Positions 1 to 13,794 are shown, counted from the whole stretch's first letter. The stretch: DNA of 63,999 bases, filler included, from Octopus bimaculoides (GCF_001194135.2; 5 parts of 5 records of this genome joined end to end with filler, not necessarily neighbours in it); one strand, 5' to 3'. Numbers and translations are program-made. Notes: generated by a model not told the origin, from the sequence alone.

Positions 1-32
<32 letters not shown>

Positions 33-36
<4 letters not shown>

Positions 37-440
37 GCGATGCAACCTTCCTTTTTCTTCCTGGGAAAACAAAGCATGAGAACGCAGGAACTGGTGCCAA
101 TCCTGCTTCTCCTCAGTTCAAAGTCGACTTCAACATCAAGACCAACTTCGTGCTAAAATGAAGGCACTCAAGCACTGTTCCTCTAAATGGAAACCTTACC
201 TATCATTGTGAGTTTGTAGCACGAAGCAAATCAGGCCGTGCCATTCACTTAAGAAAACATATAGTAGATGACCCACAAGCACTCAAGCAAACTGAGTCCT
301 CAACTTGTTCCCTTTGCCAAAAGGTTTGCAAGGCACCGACAGGCCTCGAGAGACACATTCGTGTCCATAGAACATGATTACCGCTTTATTTTACTGAACT
401 CTCGTTTGTCGTTCATGACGAGAGAATCCATCAAGTATAA
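33..440 (+). mobile_element. RTE-clade LINE 3' end (ORF2 C-terminus with C2H2 fingers), degenerate
   Basis: KRCNLPFSSWENKA*ERRNW (WExxAxDRxxW-type motif), then a frameshift, then ...CEFVARSKSGRAIHLRKH...CSLCQKVCKAPTGLERHIRVHRT* ending at 377. Confidence 0.75.
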
Positions 441-718
441 ATATAGCCTGGGTGCGATGAGTAAATTGTCGCCATTTTATAATGTTTAATTTTGTGCATG
501 CGCATTGTTTTCTCATTGATTTGTCAACTACATAGTATAGCAGGATCAGTTGGGCACCGTCTGTGAGAAAAACAGTACTATGACACAATTCACTCTGCCA
601 CAAGGCTACTGAACCCGGAACCATGTGGTTGAGAAGCAATCTTCTTACCACACAGCCACGCTAGATTCTGTAGATAGATATGTTTATCTTTATTCACACA
701 CGTACACACACACATAGT

Positions 719-754
<36 letters not shown>

Positions 755-1519
755 CACACACATGACATCCCTAATTATATTTTTTGTTCATTTGAAGTCA
801 GACAAAACAAATTCTTCTCTCAGTCCAAATTTCCTTATATTTTATTTCATTTTATTTTTCTTGAATTTTAATTCATTTATTTATTTTTAATATGAAAATG
901 CAATTTCTTTTATTCCCATTTTTTAAAATTTATTCTTCCGATTTACTTTGGTTAACCGAAGTCACTCTCTTCCATTCTCAGCGTCTGTTTTCTTTTTTTC
1001 TTTTTTTTTTTTTTGTTTCAACTACTTTCTTTCTCTTATTTTATTTATTTATTTCTGTTCCGTGCTTTTTATTTCACCAACTTGTCAGAGTTTATAGCGA
1101 TTGAATCGTTGAAGTGCATGAGATTTCGGGGTTAACTTTTATTCACCGGGACAAGGGCTACTTTCTTTTTATACATTTTGTTCCTTAAGGAGCTCTTTCT
1201 TGTATTTTGACGTATTTTATTAAGGCATGCTCTCTGCGTGCCTTAAATTGTATTAATTTATTTCACATGAACCAACCTGCTGTTAATACATAAACTATTG
1301 TTTAGCAACGGTTAGAGTTAGTTTCTTATACAGCATTCAGTGTGTAGATGACAGACAGACAGAGGCATAGATACATACATACATACATACATACATACAT
1401 ACTACATACACACACACACACATACATACATGCGTACGTGCGTACATACATACATGCATGCATACATGCATACATACATACAGACAGACAGACACACACA
1501 CACACACACACACACACAT

Positions 1520-1830
1520 AAGTTGATAGCAAGCCAGGCAAGCAGTCGAGAGATTTGCGTAAACATCAAAATTTTAACTCACATGGCTCTACGCATGGTT
1601 GCACCTAAGGACTTATGCTCGTGTTGCTACAACTTCGGAAAGTTCAAATATGAACTTTTATGCTTCTTTTTCTTCTTTCTTTCCATCTCCTTATTCTTTG
1701 AATCCCTTCCTCTATGTCGTCATCTCATTAATCTATACCCTTCTCATTTTCCCTATTTGTCTCTGATGACGGTATATCCCATACTCGGAGATATCCCAGA
1801 AATAGTTGTAAGACTTTGAATTTTTTTCCA
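1520..1830 (+). mobile_element. Penelope-like element 3' end / terminal repeat remnant
   Basis: LRMVAPKDL resembles the LxTLxPxGLN C-terminus of PLE ORFs. It is followed by a pyrimidine-rich tract and a hammerhead-like motif. Confidence 0.5.
1759..1814 (+). ncRNA. Minimal type I hammerhead ribozyme-like motif (slightly decayed)
   Basis: gtct-CTGATGA-c-ggtatatccc..ggagatatccc-a-GAAA-tagttg-TA-agac: stem I GTCT/AGAC, long stem II, near-palindromic stem III. Confidence 0.65.
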
Positions 1831-2544
1831 CAATAATATTATGTACAACTTGAGATGTTTGCCTTGCCTTAAAGTTTGTTGTCCACTTTAACAGTTATAT
1901 ATCCGCTGCATCAGAAATCTGCAATGGCTCCATAACTACCGTCTCGGATATAACCTTGGAGCCCCAGTAATCCGCTACTGCACTTACCTAGCGTACCTAA
2001 TCGTTTAAATCACCTGTGAACTAAACCCCCATACTTTGTATATATGTATCAGTTGAAATATGTGACAAACATATTTCAACTAACCTAAATTGGGAATCCC
2101 ACACATACCGCACGCGCACACACATACACACACGCACAGAGAGAGACACATGCACACACTGTACACAAAACACACGCACACACACACACACACACACACA
2201 TACTTCAAACTACCAGTTAAACACCTTTCTACTGACCATCATCCTACACAAAAGACAGCCACTCTTACAATAAATTCTTACTGTAAATTCTTCCTGCGAC
2301 ATTGAACGACGCAAGTCCACTCACACATACACATATAAACAGTCAAAACCACATACGCACACACACGTGCTATTATTACACACACACAGACCTGCGCGCA
2401 CGCACATACCTCCTTCTCTTGCGCTCTCCTGTCATAGAAAGAACTTTTTCTTCACCCATTCCCTTCCAGTCATTTTATAATCTAACCACGTGCGAATCGT
2501 TGGCGATTTTCTTCCTCCATCTTCCTTTCTTTTGGACAATCCTC

Positions 2545-2580
2545 TATTTCTGAAGAAGAGTAAGGCTCGAAACGTTAATT
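2545..2580 (+). ncRNA. Minimal hammerhead-like motif in probable Penelope terminal repeat
   Basis: CTGAAGA-a-GAG-taagg-CTC-GAAA-CG-TT with palindromic AACGTT. Stem I is weak. Confidence 0.45.
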
Positions 2581-2891
2581 CCTCTTTGCATTCCTGAGCG
2601 TCTGATAATACAGTACTTGTACTACGTCCTCGCATTGTTGTTTTTTTTTCTTGTTTGTTTTTCTTTCTTTGGATTCACTATATATATATATATACATACA
2701 TATCAAGAGATACCACCACGCTGAAAAAATAGCAGTCAAATCCTGACTCCAACAGGATTTGACTGCTATTTTTATAATAATTATTACCTTTGATGGTTTT
2801 TATTCCCATGCTGACCACTTGATAAGATCAATATTTTAAATATCGATCTTATCCTTATTTATATAAATATATATATATATACATACATATA

Positions 2892-2926
<35 letters not shown>

Positions 2927-3601
2927 ATATNNNNNNNNNNNNNNNNNNNNNNNNNNNNNNNNNNNNNNNNNNNNNNNNNNNNNNNNNNNNNNNNNNNNNN
3001 NNNNNNNNNNNNNNNNNNNNNNNNNNNNNNNNNNNNNNNNNNNNNNNNNNNNNNNNNNNNNNNNNNNNNNNNNNNNNNNNNNNNNNNNNNNNNNNNNNNN
3101 NNNNNNNNNNNNNNNNNNNNNNNNNNNNNNNNNNNNNNNNNNNNNNNNNNNNNNNNNNNNNNNNNNNNNNNNNNNNNNNNNNNNNNNNNNNNNNNNNNNN
3201 NNNNNNNNNNNNNNNNNNNNNNNNNNNNNNNNNNNNNNNNNNNNNNNNNNNNNNNNNNNNNNNNNNNNNNNNNNNNNNNNNNNNNNNNNNNNNNNNNNNN
3301 NNNNNNNNNNNNNNNNNNNNNNNNNNNNNNNNNNNNNNNNNNNNNNNNNNNNNNNNNNNNNNNNNNNNNNNNNNNNNNNNNNNNNNNNNNNNNNNNNNNN
3401 NNNNNNNNNNNNNNNNNNNNNNNNNNNNNNNNNNNNNNNNNNNNNNNNNNNNNNNNNNNNNNNNNNNAAAAAAAAGTCTGGTATTTATTCTATCGGTGTT
3501 TTTTTCTTTTTTGCCGAACAGCTAGGTTACAGGGACATAAACACACTAACACAGGTTGTCAAGCGGTGGTGGGGTAACTCAAACGCACACACACACACAC
3601 A

Positions 3602-3649
<48 letters not shown>

Positions 3650-3868
3650 CAAGGCCGACAACCTGGCAGAATCGTTAGCACGCCGGGCGAAATGCTGCTC
3701 GTCAGACGAGTTCAAATTCCGCCGAGGTCGACTTTGCCTTTTATCCTTTCGGGGTCGATGAAATAAGAACCATTTGAGTACTGGGGTCGATGTGATCGAC
3801 TAGCCCCCTTCCCCTAATAAATTTCAAGGCCTTGTGCCTTTAGTAGAAATGATTATTATTATTATTAT
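3650..3868 (+). mobile_element. tRNA-derived SINE, family A, (ATT)n tail
   Basis: A-box-like TGGCAGAATCGTTAG, B-box-like GAGTTCAAATTCC, central cctttcggggtcgat..ctggggtcgat block. Many related copies in the window. Confidence 0.85.
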
Positions 3869-3869
3869 T

Positions 3870-4122
3870 GCCTTTGCACAGCTTCTAACACTGGAGATGT
3901 ACTACGGTGTCAGCTGTTCACCACCAGTGAAATAAGGTAACACCCCTTATTTTTCAAGCCCCTTCCAGAGTATTCAAGCGGTTCCAAGCAGTGTTGTTTT
4001 CTGGAAGTGCTCCACCCTTATTGCAGCCCCTATTTGTTCCACGTACTTCTCGAGATTTTTATTCACTATTCCCAGGACTCCGACAATTATTGGTACTAAC
4101 TGCTACCTTTTTCATCGACCAC
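3870..4122 (-). mobile_element. R4/Dong-like LINE 3' end
   Basis: Minus strand reads VPIIVGVLGIVNKNLEKYVEQIG...QKTTLLGTA*IL, the C-terminus of a REL-endonuclease ORF. It abuts an (ATT)n tract. Confidence 0.75.
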
Positions 4123-4123
4123 T

Positions 4124-4328
4124 GGCGGTGAGCTGGCAAAACCGTTATCAAGCCGGACAAAATGCTTAGCGGAATTTCGTCCGCCTTTACATTCTGAGTT
4201 TAAATTCTGCCGAGGTCGACTGTGCCTTTCATCCTTTCGGGGTCGATAAAACAAGTACCAGTGAAATACTGGGGTCGATGTAATCGACTACCCGCCTCCC
4301 CTGAAATTTCAGAAAGGATTATTATTAT
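4124..4328 (+). mobile_element. SINE family A
   Basis: Near full-length copy homologous to 3650-3868. Confidence 0.85.
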
Positions 4329-5392
4329 CCTTACTTAATAAACGCAGGATATATTTTTATGAGCTGTTAATAATTTCATGCGATGAAGACATCTTAGACA
4401 TTATTGCATAACACGTCTGGTGCCTTCACGCAATCGTCCGGACCTGCCCATTTAGCATAACAAGCTAAAACTTATTTCTGTGGCTTCAGTTCAAATCTTC
4501 TCGGCGTCGACTGTAACTTGTAATCTTCAGGGTTAATAAGATAACAGTTAATAAGCTAGGATCTTTTCAGAACTCTGTAGTACATGCGCACTATCCAAAC
4601 CCCAAAGACCGTTGATAATTGGTTGCAGAGTTCTGTAGTTTCCAAGGCAGACATGACCGAGCATCGAGTTAAATTCTTTGTAATGTTTAAATTCATCCTT
4701 TTTATTCAAATTTCGCTGAAGACAATTTACCTCCGGGGTAAATAGTTATATCCTTGTCTTGGGACCCTCAACTCCTTGATGGAACTGTCGGGCGACATCA
4801 TGTCGTGTCTTGGGCAATGCTTTTTTAAACCTTGCGGAACCCATCCCTCTCTAAATCCGACAGCAACCGTTGCTTCCGGAAGCTAGAAAGACAGACCGTG
4901 AGAAAGAATGTGAGAGAAAGAGAAAATCGATTCCAGTATATGACTGGAACTTATCGATTCCGAAAGGACAATTTGACATCGGCTGGATTTGAACTCCGAA
5001 AATAAAGAGCCGAAACAAATTGCTGCAGTCTACCCTATTCTCTAATAACTCCGCCAATTGATGCTCTCTCCTATTAATATCATGCAATTGTTGATGTTCC
5101 TGCCAACAAAATATAACGTCCGGTACTAATGTTAATAACCTAGAATCTAAAATGCAGTTTCTCATGACGTTCGTGCGTTCGAATGTTACACTTCACCAAT
5201 TTTATCAAAAGGATTTTTAAGTGATACAGATTTAGGTATTGAAATAAGAAAATAGACATTTTCTATAAGTTTTTTTTTTTTTTCTTATTGCGATGCATTT
5301 TTCGAAATATTATCTCATTTCGTAGAATTTCCACGGTTCCTGCTGGTGTTGTCGTCGGCATCGTTATTGTTGTTGTTGTTGTTTATGTTGCC

Positions 5393-5427
<35 letters not shown>

Positions 5428-6242
5428 CATTGTTCAGTAGTTNNNNNNNNNNNNNNNNNNNNNNNNNNNNNNNNNNNNNNNNNNNNNNNNNNNNNNNNNN
5501 NNNNNNNNNNNNNNNNNNNNNNNNNNNNNNNNNNNNNNNNNNNNNNNNNNNNNNNNNNNNNNNNNNNNNNNNNNNNNNNNNNNNNNNNNNNNNNNNNNNN
5601 NNNNNNNNNNNNNNNNNNNNNNNNNNNNNNNNNNNNNNNNNNNNNNNNNNNNNNNNNNNNNNNNNNNNNNNNNNNNNNNNNNNNNNNNNNNNNNNNNNNN
5701 NNNNNNNNNNNNNNNNNNNNNNNNNNNNNNNNNNNNNNNNNNNNNNNNNNNNNNNNNNNNNNNNNNNNNNNNNNNNNNNNNNNNNNNNNNNNNNNNNNNN
5801 NNNNNNNNNNNNNNNNNNNNNNNNNNNNNNNNNNNNNNNNNNNNNNNNNNNNNNNNNNNNNNNNNNNNNNNNNNNNNNNNNNNNNNNNNNNNNNNNNNNN
5901 NNNNNNNNNNNNNNNNNNNNNNNNNNNNNNNNNNNNNNNNNNNNNNNNNNNNNNNNNNNNNNNNNNNNNNNNNNNNNNNNNNNNNNNNNNNNNNNNNNNN
6001 NNNNNNNNNNNNNNNNNNNNNNNNNNNNNNNNNNNNNNNNNNNNNNNNNNNNNNNNNNNNNNNNNNNNNNNNNNNNNNNNNNNNNNNNNNNNNNNNNNNN
6101 NNNNNNNNNNNNNNNNNNNNNNNNNNNNNNNNNNNNNNNNNNNNNNNNNNNNNNNNNNNNNNNNNNNNNNNNNNNNNNNNNNNNNNNNNNNNNNNNNNNN
6201 NNNNNNNNNNNNNNNNNNNNNNNNNNNNNNNNNNTTATTATT

Positions 6243-6273
<31 letters not shown>

Positions 6274-6285
6274 CTATTATTATTT

Positions 6286-6695
6286 GATGAAAACTTTCAT
6301 CTTATTTTGTTGTCCACAGCCAGCAGAGAAAGGTGACACTTGTCTACTGGTCATGCTTCAAGAATCCTGTGGAAAATTCTTGCAGTTCTTAGCAATGCTG
6401 ATTTTTAATGGTGTTCTACCAATTTTTTGGAACTACGTTGGTAGTTCTAACTGCGTCAATTACTATTCGTATCACATCTACTCTCCACAACCTTCGTATT
6501 TCCCACTTCAAATCGTCGTAGTTGTTCACTTTTTCTTCTTTCACTTTCATCCTGTGGTCACCGGGACATGCTATCTCGATTATCATCCAAGTCTTTTTCT
6601 TTCTTATTTTTATTCACCACAACAACGTCCGGTTTTCGATATCTGGTCAGGTGATCGCCGTGAATCATAGCATCCCACAAGAGTTTGCAATCTTC

Positions 6696-6696
<1 letters not shown>
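6286..6696 (-). mobile_element. R4/Dong-like LINE, REL endonuclease fragment
   Basis: KLLWDAMIHGDHLTRYRKPDVVVV (REL PD motif). Flanked on both sides by (ATT)n. Confidence 0.75.
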
Positions 6697-6731
<35 letters not shown>

Positions 6732-6764
6732 GACGTCGCATAACATACAATATCGTGAGGTTGT

Positions 6765-6945
6765 TGATATTGACAACCGATGTAGGTGTGTTTCCGTCCC
6801 CGTAGCTTGGCGATTCGGCAAAAAGGGATCGATAGAATAAATACTAGGCTTGTAAACAATAAGTCCTGGGGTCGATTTGCTCGACCAAAGGCGGTGCTCC
6901 AGCATGGCTGCAGTCAAATGACTGAAACAAATAAAAGAATAAAAG
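6765..6945 (+). mobile_element. SINE family B, 3' half
   Basis: Homologous to the 3' half of 43221-43655. Confidence 0.8.
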
Positions 6946-6984
<39 letters not shown>

Positions 6985-7812
6985 GAATGTATGTACACAG
7001 TACGTCCTATATGTGTGGTAAATATATATTTATACACACACATACACAAAAACACAAATCTACTAAACATACTTTTTAACACTTTTTAAATATTTACTTA
7101 AAGTTTGTTATTCTTTTTCCTTATTTTCCGTAAAACTTTTATTGGTTTTCTTATTTCATTATTTATATTTTTTTTTTTCGTTATTTATTATTTTTTTTTT
7201 GTCCTTTCCGTTGTTGCCTGTTCCGGTGTCATTAACAGTCTTTCTGTCTGTCTAATTGTTTGTTTATCTTGTTTACTTGTTGTTTTATGATGTGTCTCCC
7301 CCATCCCCCCTATTAACTCCTGTTTGAAGGCTTGGAAAACAAAATCAAACTCATAAAAGTTGGAGAAAAAAAAAGGGCAGAAAATACCAGTTAATAATTA
7401 TCACATTAAATATTGGATTATTTATTTGTGATTATAATAAGCGAACAACATGTCAACCTTGTTTAACAAAAGAGATTAAGATTGAGAGAAAGACGAACAG
7501 GAACGGAGCTGGCGAAAGCCACACAAAGAATCAAAGAGGAAAACGAAATAGATGGACAGTCGGTCCGATGGAGAGAAACGGACAGAAACGTAGAAGTGTG
7601 TGTGTGTGTGTATGGATATATATATATAAAAACACACACATACATGCATGCATATAAATGCATGTGTGTTTTGTATGTACATATGTATGTATAGATAGAT
7701 AGTATCAAAGATAAAGACTCCTAATTTTGGGACTGCCATGTTGGCTTGGCGATAACTATTAATTTCCAGTACCGCTGCCGTAGTCTCCTTTAGAGAGACT
7801 TAGAAATATTAA

Positions 7813-7852
<40 letters not shown>

Positions 7853-7940
7853 TTGGATGTTGGGTGAAAGTCACCGTAGAAACAATATAAAATACATCAT
7901 ATCACAGTACAAGCAGCATAAATCATTACTACCACGACTT

Positions 7941-8026
<86 letters not shown>
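7941..8026. repeat. (TAG)n microsatellite
   Basis: Direct reading. Confidence 0.95.
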
Positions 8027-8686
8027 TCATTTATGAAACAAAACCGTCCCGTCAAGATGGCGTTTGTGTTAATGACATCTTCTATGTTCTCTTTAATGGA
8101 CATTAAATATGAANNNNNNNNNNNNNNNNNNNNNNNNNNNNNNNNNNNNNNNNNNNNNNNNNNNNNNNNNNNNNNNNNNNNNNNNNNNNNNNNNNNNNNN
8201 NNNNNNNNNNNNNNNNNNNNNNNNNNNNNNNNNNNNNNNNNNNNNNNNNNNNNNNNNNNNNNNNNNNNNNNNNNNNNNNNNNNNNNNNNNNNNNNNNNNN
8301 NNNNNNNNNNNNNNNNNNNNNNNNNNNNNNNNNNNNNNNNNNNNNNNNNNNNNNNNNNNNNNNNNNNNNNNNNNNNNNNNNNNNNNNNNNNNNNNNNNNN
8401 NNNNNNNNNNNNNNNNNNNNNNNNNNNNNNNNNNNNNNNNNNNNNNNNNNNNNNNNNNNNNNNNNNNNNNNNNNNNNNNNNNNNNNNNNNNNNNNNNNNN
8501 NNNNNNNNNNNNNNNNNNNNNNNNNNNNNNNNNNNNNNNNNNNNNNNNNNNNNNNNNNNNNNNNNNNNNNNNNNNNNNNNNNATATATATATATATATAT
8601 ACATATATATACACATATATAATATAAACATATATATATATATGTATATATACACAGACGCACAAACACATACATACATGTACATG

Positions 8687-8758
<72 letters not shown>

Positions 8759-8996
8759 GAGATACGCACATGCCTGTTCATGTTACATTTTTCTTTAAAT
8801 CCTCTCTTTTTCTTCTTTTACATCTTTTTATTGTTATTATTATTATTATAATTACCATTATTATAAAATAGTAATTAGTAACAGAAACTATAATATTGAT
8901 GATGATGATTATAACGCTACACTACTATGTGTGTGTATATATAGATGTATGTATACACACATGCATGCACAAAGACACACACTACATGTATATACA

Positions 8997-9047
<51 letters not shown>

Positions 9048-9144
9048 CGTTTTAATTTTGGGTAAAGAATGATTAGATTGAAATTTATGTGGAAAAAAAA
9101 TATAATTAACGATAAAAGAGGAGCAAGGGAAATGAACAAAAACA

Positions 9145-9164
9145 ATAACAATAATAATAACAAC

Positions 9165-9234
<70 letters not shown>
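9145..9234. repeat. (AAT)n microsatellite
   Basis: Direct reading. Confidence 0.95.
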
Positions 9235-9236
<2 letters not shown>

Positions 9237-11014
9237 CAGAGGAAAAGTGTGGTATTAAAAGAGAGAGGAAGAGGAGGAGGGAGGACCGAAATAAGCAGTC
9301 AAGGTATATATAGATATAGAGAGAGCCAGACTGACATACAGACAAGCAGGCAGGCAGGCAGACTGGCAGACAGTCAGGCAGGCAGTGAAGCTCTAACAGT
9401 GGTTTTTTTTTTCCTGTGACAGATGGAATCCAAACCATTGACCAAACGGTTTTTGTTTGTTTGTTCTTCATTTTTTTTCAATATGTCTGACTGGCCAGAA
9501 ATTTTATTGTTACCTTTTAAAACGTTGAATTAACTCGCTCACCTAACTTGTCTTTTACGTTAAACAATTGGATATGACGTGTGGTATTATATATTTTGTG
9601 ATGGTGGCGCTGGTGGTGGCGCTGAGGCTGTACTATAAACGTTTGTTGTTGTTTTTTAAATGCTTTACATCATTTTCTCCTGTTTGTTTGTTTTTTATCT
9701 CTGTTTTTAATTCTTTTTTTCTCGTACCTTTCTTATTTATTGCTGTCATGTTGCTGTTAATGTTGTTTTTGTTGTTGTTGTTGGTGGTGGTGGGTGGTGG
9801 TGGGTGGTTGTGGTGGTGGTGGTGGTGGTGGGTAGTAGTGGTGTGAGTGGTGGCATTAGTGGTTCGTAGAGGTGATGGTGGTGACGGCAGAGGTGGTGGC
9901 GGTGGTTTGGTTTTAGTTACATTTTTTNNNNNNNNNNNNNNNNNNNNNNNNNNNNNNNNNNNNNNNNNNNNNNNNNNNNNNNNNNNNNNNNNNNNNNNNN
10001 NNNNNNNNNNNNNNNNNNNNNNNNNNNNNNNNNNNNNNNNNNNNNNNNNNNNNNNNNNNNNNNNNNNNNNNNNNNNNNNNCTACTATAACCACCACCACC
10101 ACCGCCACCAACACTACCAACTGCACTATCACAACCATCAACACCACATCACAACCACCAGTACTACCAAAGATACGGTCCTCACAATCATAATCATCAT
10201 CTTCATCACCACCAACAACAAAGTCACCCACCGTCTCCACCATTACAACAAACAACAACAAAAGCAATATAGAAAAATAAAATGAAATCGGTGGCGAAAA
10301 AAAAAAGCAGAAAATAAAACAACTCATTTTTTTATTTATTATATTTTCCTTTATTTTATATTTTATTTATTTATTTACAATTTGGCTGTTCATTATTTGC
10401 TAATAATCACCATTTTAACACTTCTGTTGTTTAATTCGGGAGAGTTTTATACATAGTTTTTACCTCTTCAATACTTCTTTATGTCAAAAGAAAACGGTGA
10501 AAAAAAAATACAACAAAAATTACACAAAAAAAAACCCAACAAACATATTATAAAATGGCTTTTAAACAATTTTATAATATTTTTCTAATTTCTTTCCCTC
10601 CTTCCCTCCTGACTGGTTTTTGTAAAGAAAACAGAAGGAAATCTTTTTCTGAAAGGAGAAAGAAAAGAAAATATTTCTACATATGTGACCATTGTTGAAA
10701 CGAAGCTCTCCTCCACAGAGAGGGGGAAAAAACGTATAAAGAATACAGAATAGAAATATGGCTGTCCGCTAACAGCAACCATAAACGTTTAGGTGAAGCG
10801 TATCCATAGGACAGACATGCAGACATGCCTGTTCTCTGTTATACAATACGGTACAAGTACATAAATAAAAACAACTCCACCTAGGTTTTATATGCTGCTG
10901 CATACAGACATCTTACAGCTTGTTCCTTATACTCTTTGACACGTGCTTAATTGCATGGGAGACATCTGTACATGTATAGAATACATACACACGCACGCGC
11001 GCGCGCAGGCATAC

Positions 11015-11055
<41 letters not shown>

Positions 11056-12124
11056 CACACAAATGCATATATATGTATATACATTTATGTGCATGTATGT
11101 ACATATATATATATACGAAAATATATGTGACTATATGTGTGTGTGTGTCTGTGTTTGTGTGTATGTGTGTGTGTGTATATATGTATAAATATAGTGTGTA
11201 CATACTAGTGTATACTTTTTAATATGTTAGTACACACACACGCACAATATTGATTTGCAAAAGGGTCACCAAACTCATTCAACTATCGATTAACTCAACT
11301 CCTCGACGAAAAGGGTTTTATGGTCCCCTCCCCACCACCAAATCGTTATCAATGGGATTTGAACTCAGAACTCCGAGTATTTCATCTAATGGATGCTCTA
11401 CTGATTCTATTTATTTGCCGACGACAGTCTCTATGACGTAGCTCCAACTGCGAGCATTAACAGCTAAATGAAGCTCTCTCAAATCACCTTGTACAATCTT
11501 ACAAAAAAATCGAGTACATTAGATTATATAGTCTGAGGTGAACTGCGCCAGAGGAAAAAAAAGGCAGGATGTACGTGCATTGAAAGAACTGGTAGAGCAT
11601 TGGATAGCATACTTTGCGAGATTTGTTCCGATATTTTCGTTCTGAGTTCAATTCTCACGGGAGTCAGTTTTGCCTTTCATCCTTAAATAAAGTATTAATC
11701 CATAGTGGTGGATTGGCGGAATTAGTAGAGCGTCGGACGAGATGTTTTGTCGTAGCTAATCCGGGTTTCTGAGTTCTGAGTTCAAAACCTGCTGGCTTCT
11801 GTCCCCGGAGAATTCCCAGGCAGTGTTTATATTTTTAACGCTATGGTCACCGCTGGATTGAATAGTACTGCCCGGGTGTCGAAACCATGATATCTGTTTG
11901 GGCACTGATGATGGGAATAAACAAATGTTATGGTGGATTGTGAATTTCTTATATGTTAGTCTCGTTATTCTTGGTTGTCTTTCATTTCTGTAAAGTGGAA
12001 TTTTTTTTGTAGATACATAGTTTGTAGGAATCACTTTGGTATTGTTTGGTTTTCTTCACAGATAACCTAATAAGGTTTGAACAAGGCTTAAACCCTGGTG
12101 TCTAGTTTTGGGAGGTTCTAAGGG

Positions 12125-12300
12125 ATGCTTAGCGGCATCTCATCCGTCTTTACGTTGAGTTCAATTTCCGCAGAGGTCGGTTTTTTTCTTCCATTCTTTC
12201 GGGGTCGATGAAATAGGTACCAGTTGTGCACTGGGGTCGATATAATCGACCTACCCCCTCCCGAATTGCTGGCCTTGTGCCAAAATTTGAAATCAATAAT
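12125..12300 (+). mobile_element. SINE family A (5'-truncated)
   Basis: Homologous to 3650-3868. Confidence 0.8.
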
Positions 12301-12664
12301 TATACACTGCAAGTAAGCAAAGAATGCAAATGTCACTCTTGCTTCCCACGAAAATATTCGGTGTCTCTAGGTTTATGCGAGTTGATAATGTTTTTGCCTT
12401 TAGCTTATTTACTGCGCATAATCATTGCCTTTTCGAAACAGCTGTAACGGCAAACCTTGTATAAATGAAGCAGGACAATTACTTAATGCTTTTATCTATT
12501 TATTATGCGCTCAAGCTCTGCATTTCTTATAGCCGACTCTTGTCCTGCTGGATTATTCCCCCCGCCCCTGATTGGGAAGGTAGAGGTCAAGAATCTGACC
12601 AGTCCAACCAGTAATTCAGTGCGTATCTATTCTACTCTTACACCTGCGTCTCCTCAACCGCTAG

Positions 12665-12697
<33 letters not shown>

Positions 12698-12770
12698 CAG
12701 AGTAAAAGGGAGTGTAAAGAGAAAAGGCTGATAAGAAGTTATATTCATCATTGTGTGTGTGTGTGTTTGT

Positions 12771-12839
<69 letters not shown>

Positions 12840-13240
12840 GCTAAAACCGAACAATAAAATCAACATCCAAATAAAACATACAACCAGCCTCGTATCGTTT
12901 GTTAGGGCCGCAAAATTACAACAAACTTTGCTGAGGAGACTTGGTAGCCTCTTCATGCGAATGTGTTTAAAGAATGGACGAGAACGAGAATATCGAAAGC
13001 TCAGCGGCGAGGAATCTGTAAACCCTTCACCCTCGTTATACTTTCAGCTTCAAACCAAATATTATTAAAGAGAGAGGTTAAGTACCGCCCCAGCTGGATT
13101 AAAATATGGCTGGATTTGGGTTTTGGGAGAGAAAATCTCGCTCAACGTTGGACAAGATCACGATATCTAGGACAATAAAGATCTGCAAAACCTTAGAATT
13201 TTATGCATAAATTATAGAGGATGTGTACTTGTATGTGTAT

Positions 13241-13640
13241 GTGTAGGTGTGGCTGTGTGTTAAGAAGTTTGCTTCTCTACCACATGGTTCCAGGTTCAAT
13301 CCCACAGCATGACACCTTGGGCCAGCGTCTTCTACTACAGCCCCGGGCCGACCAAAGCCTTGAGAGTAGATTTGGTAGGCGGCTATAAAAGAAGCCCGTC
13401 GTATATACAGGTGTGTGTGCGTGTGTGTGTGTGTGTTTGTCCTCCACCACCGCTTGAGAATCGGTCTTGGTGTGCTTACGTCCCTGTAACTAAACGGTTC
13501 AGAAAAAGGGGGAAGATAGAATATGTGCTCGGCTTTAAAATATAAGTACCGGGGTCAATTCGTCCGACTAAAACTCTTGGAAGGGATGCCCCCAGCATGA
13601 CCGCAGTCGAATCATTGAAGCAAATGAAAGAAAAGAAAAG
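13241..13640 (+). mobile_element. SINE family B, full length, with internal (GT)n
   Basis: tRNA-like head TGGCTGTGTG..GGTTCAATCC, accttggg block, internal microsatellite, ccagcatg..agtc tail. Confidence 0.8.
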
Positions 13641-13689
13641 AAATGTATGTACGTGTAAGTATACCTGTACGTATGTATGTATATACGTT

Positions 13690-13720
<31 letters not shown>

Positions 13721-13794
13721 GTGTGAGTGTGTGTATGAATGTACGTATGTATGTATGTCCACATAGCAGGGTTGTCCTAAAAGTTTGATCTCAC

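Noticed and set aside
201-377. C2H2 zinc-finger gene
   Set aside because: The fingers follow an RTE WExxAxDRxxW-type motif across a stop and a frameshift; better explained as a LINE ORF2 C-terminus.
5315-6287. 313-aa ORFs and other long X-rich ORFs (7897-8781, 14637-15128, 16893-17455, 40459-41052, 58854-59447, 60447-60999)
   Set aside because: Open only because they span N gaps and microsatellites.
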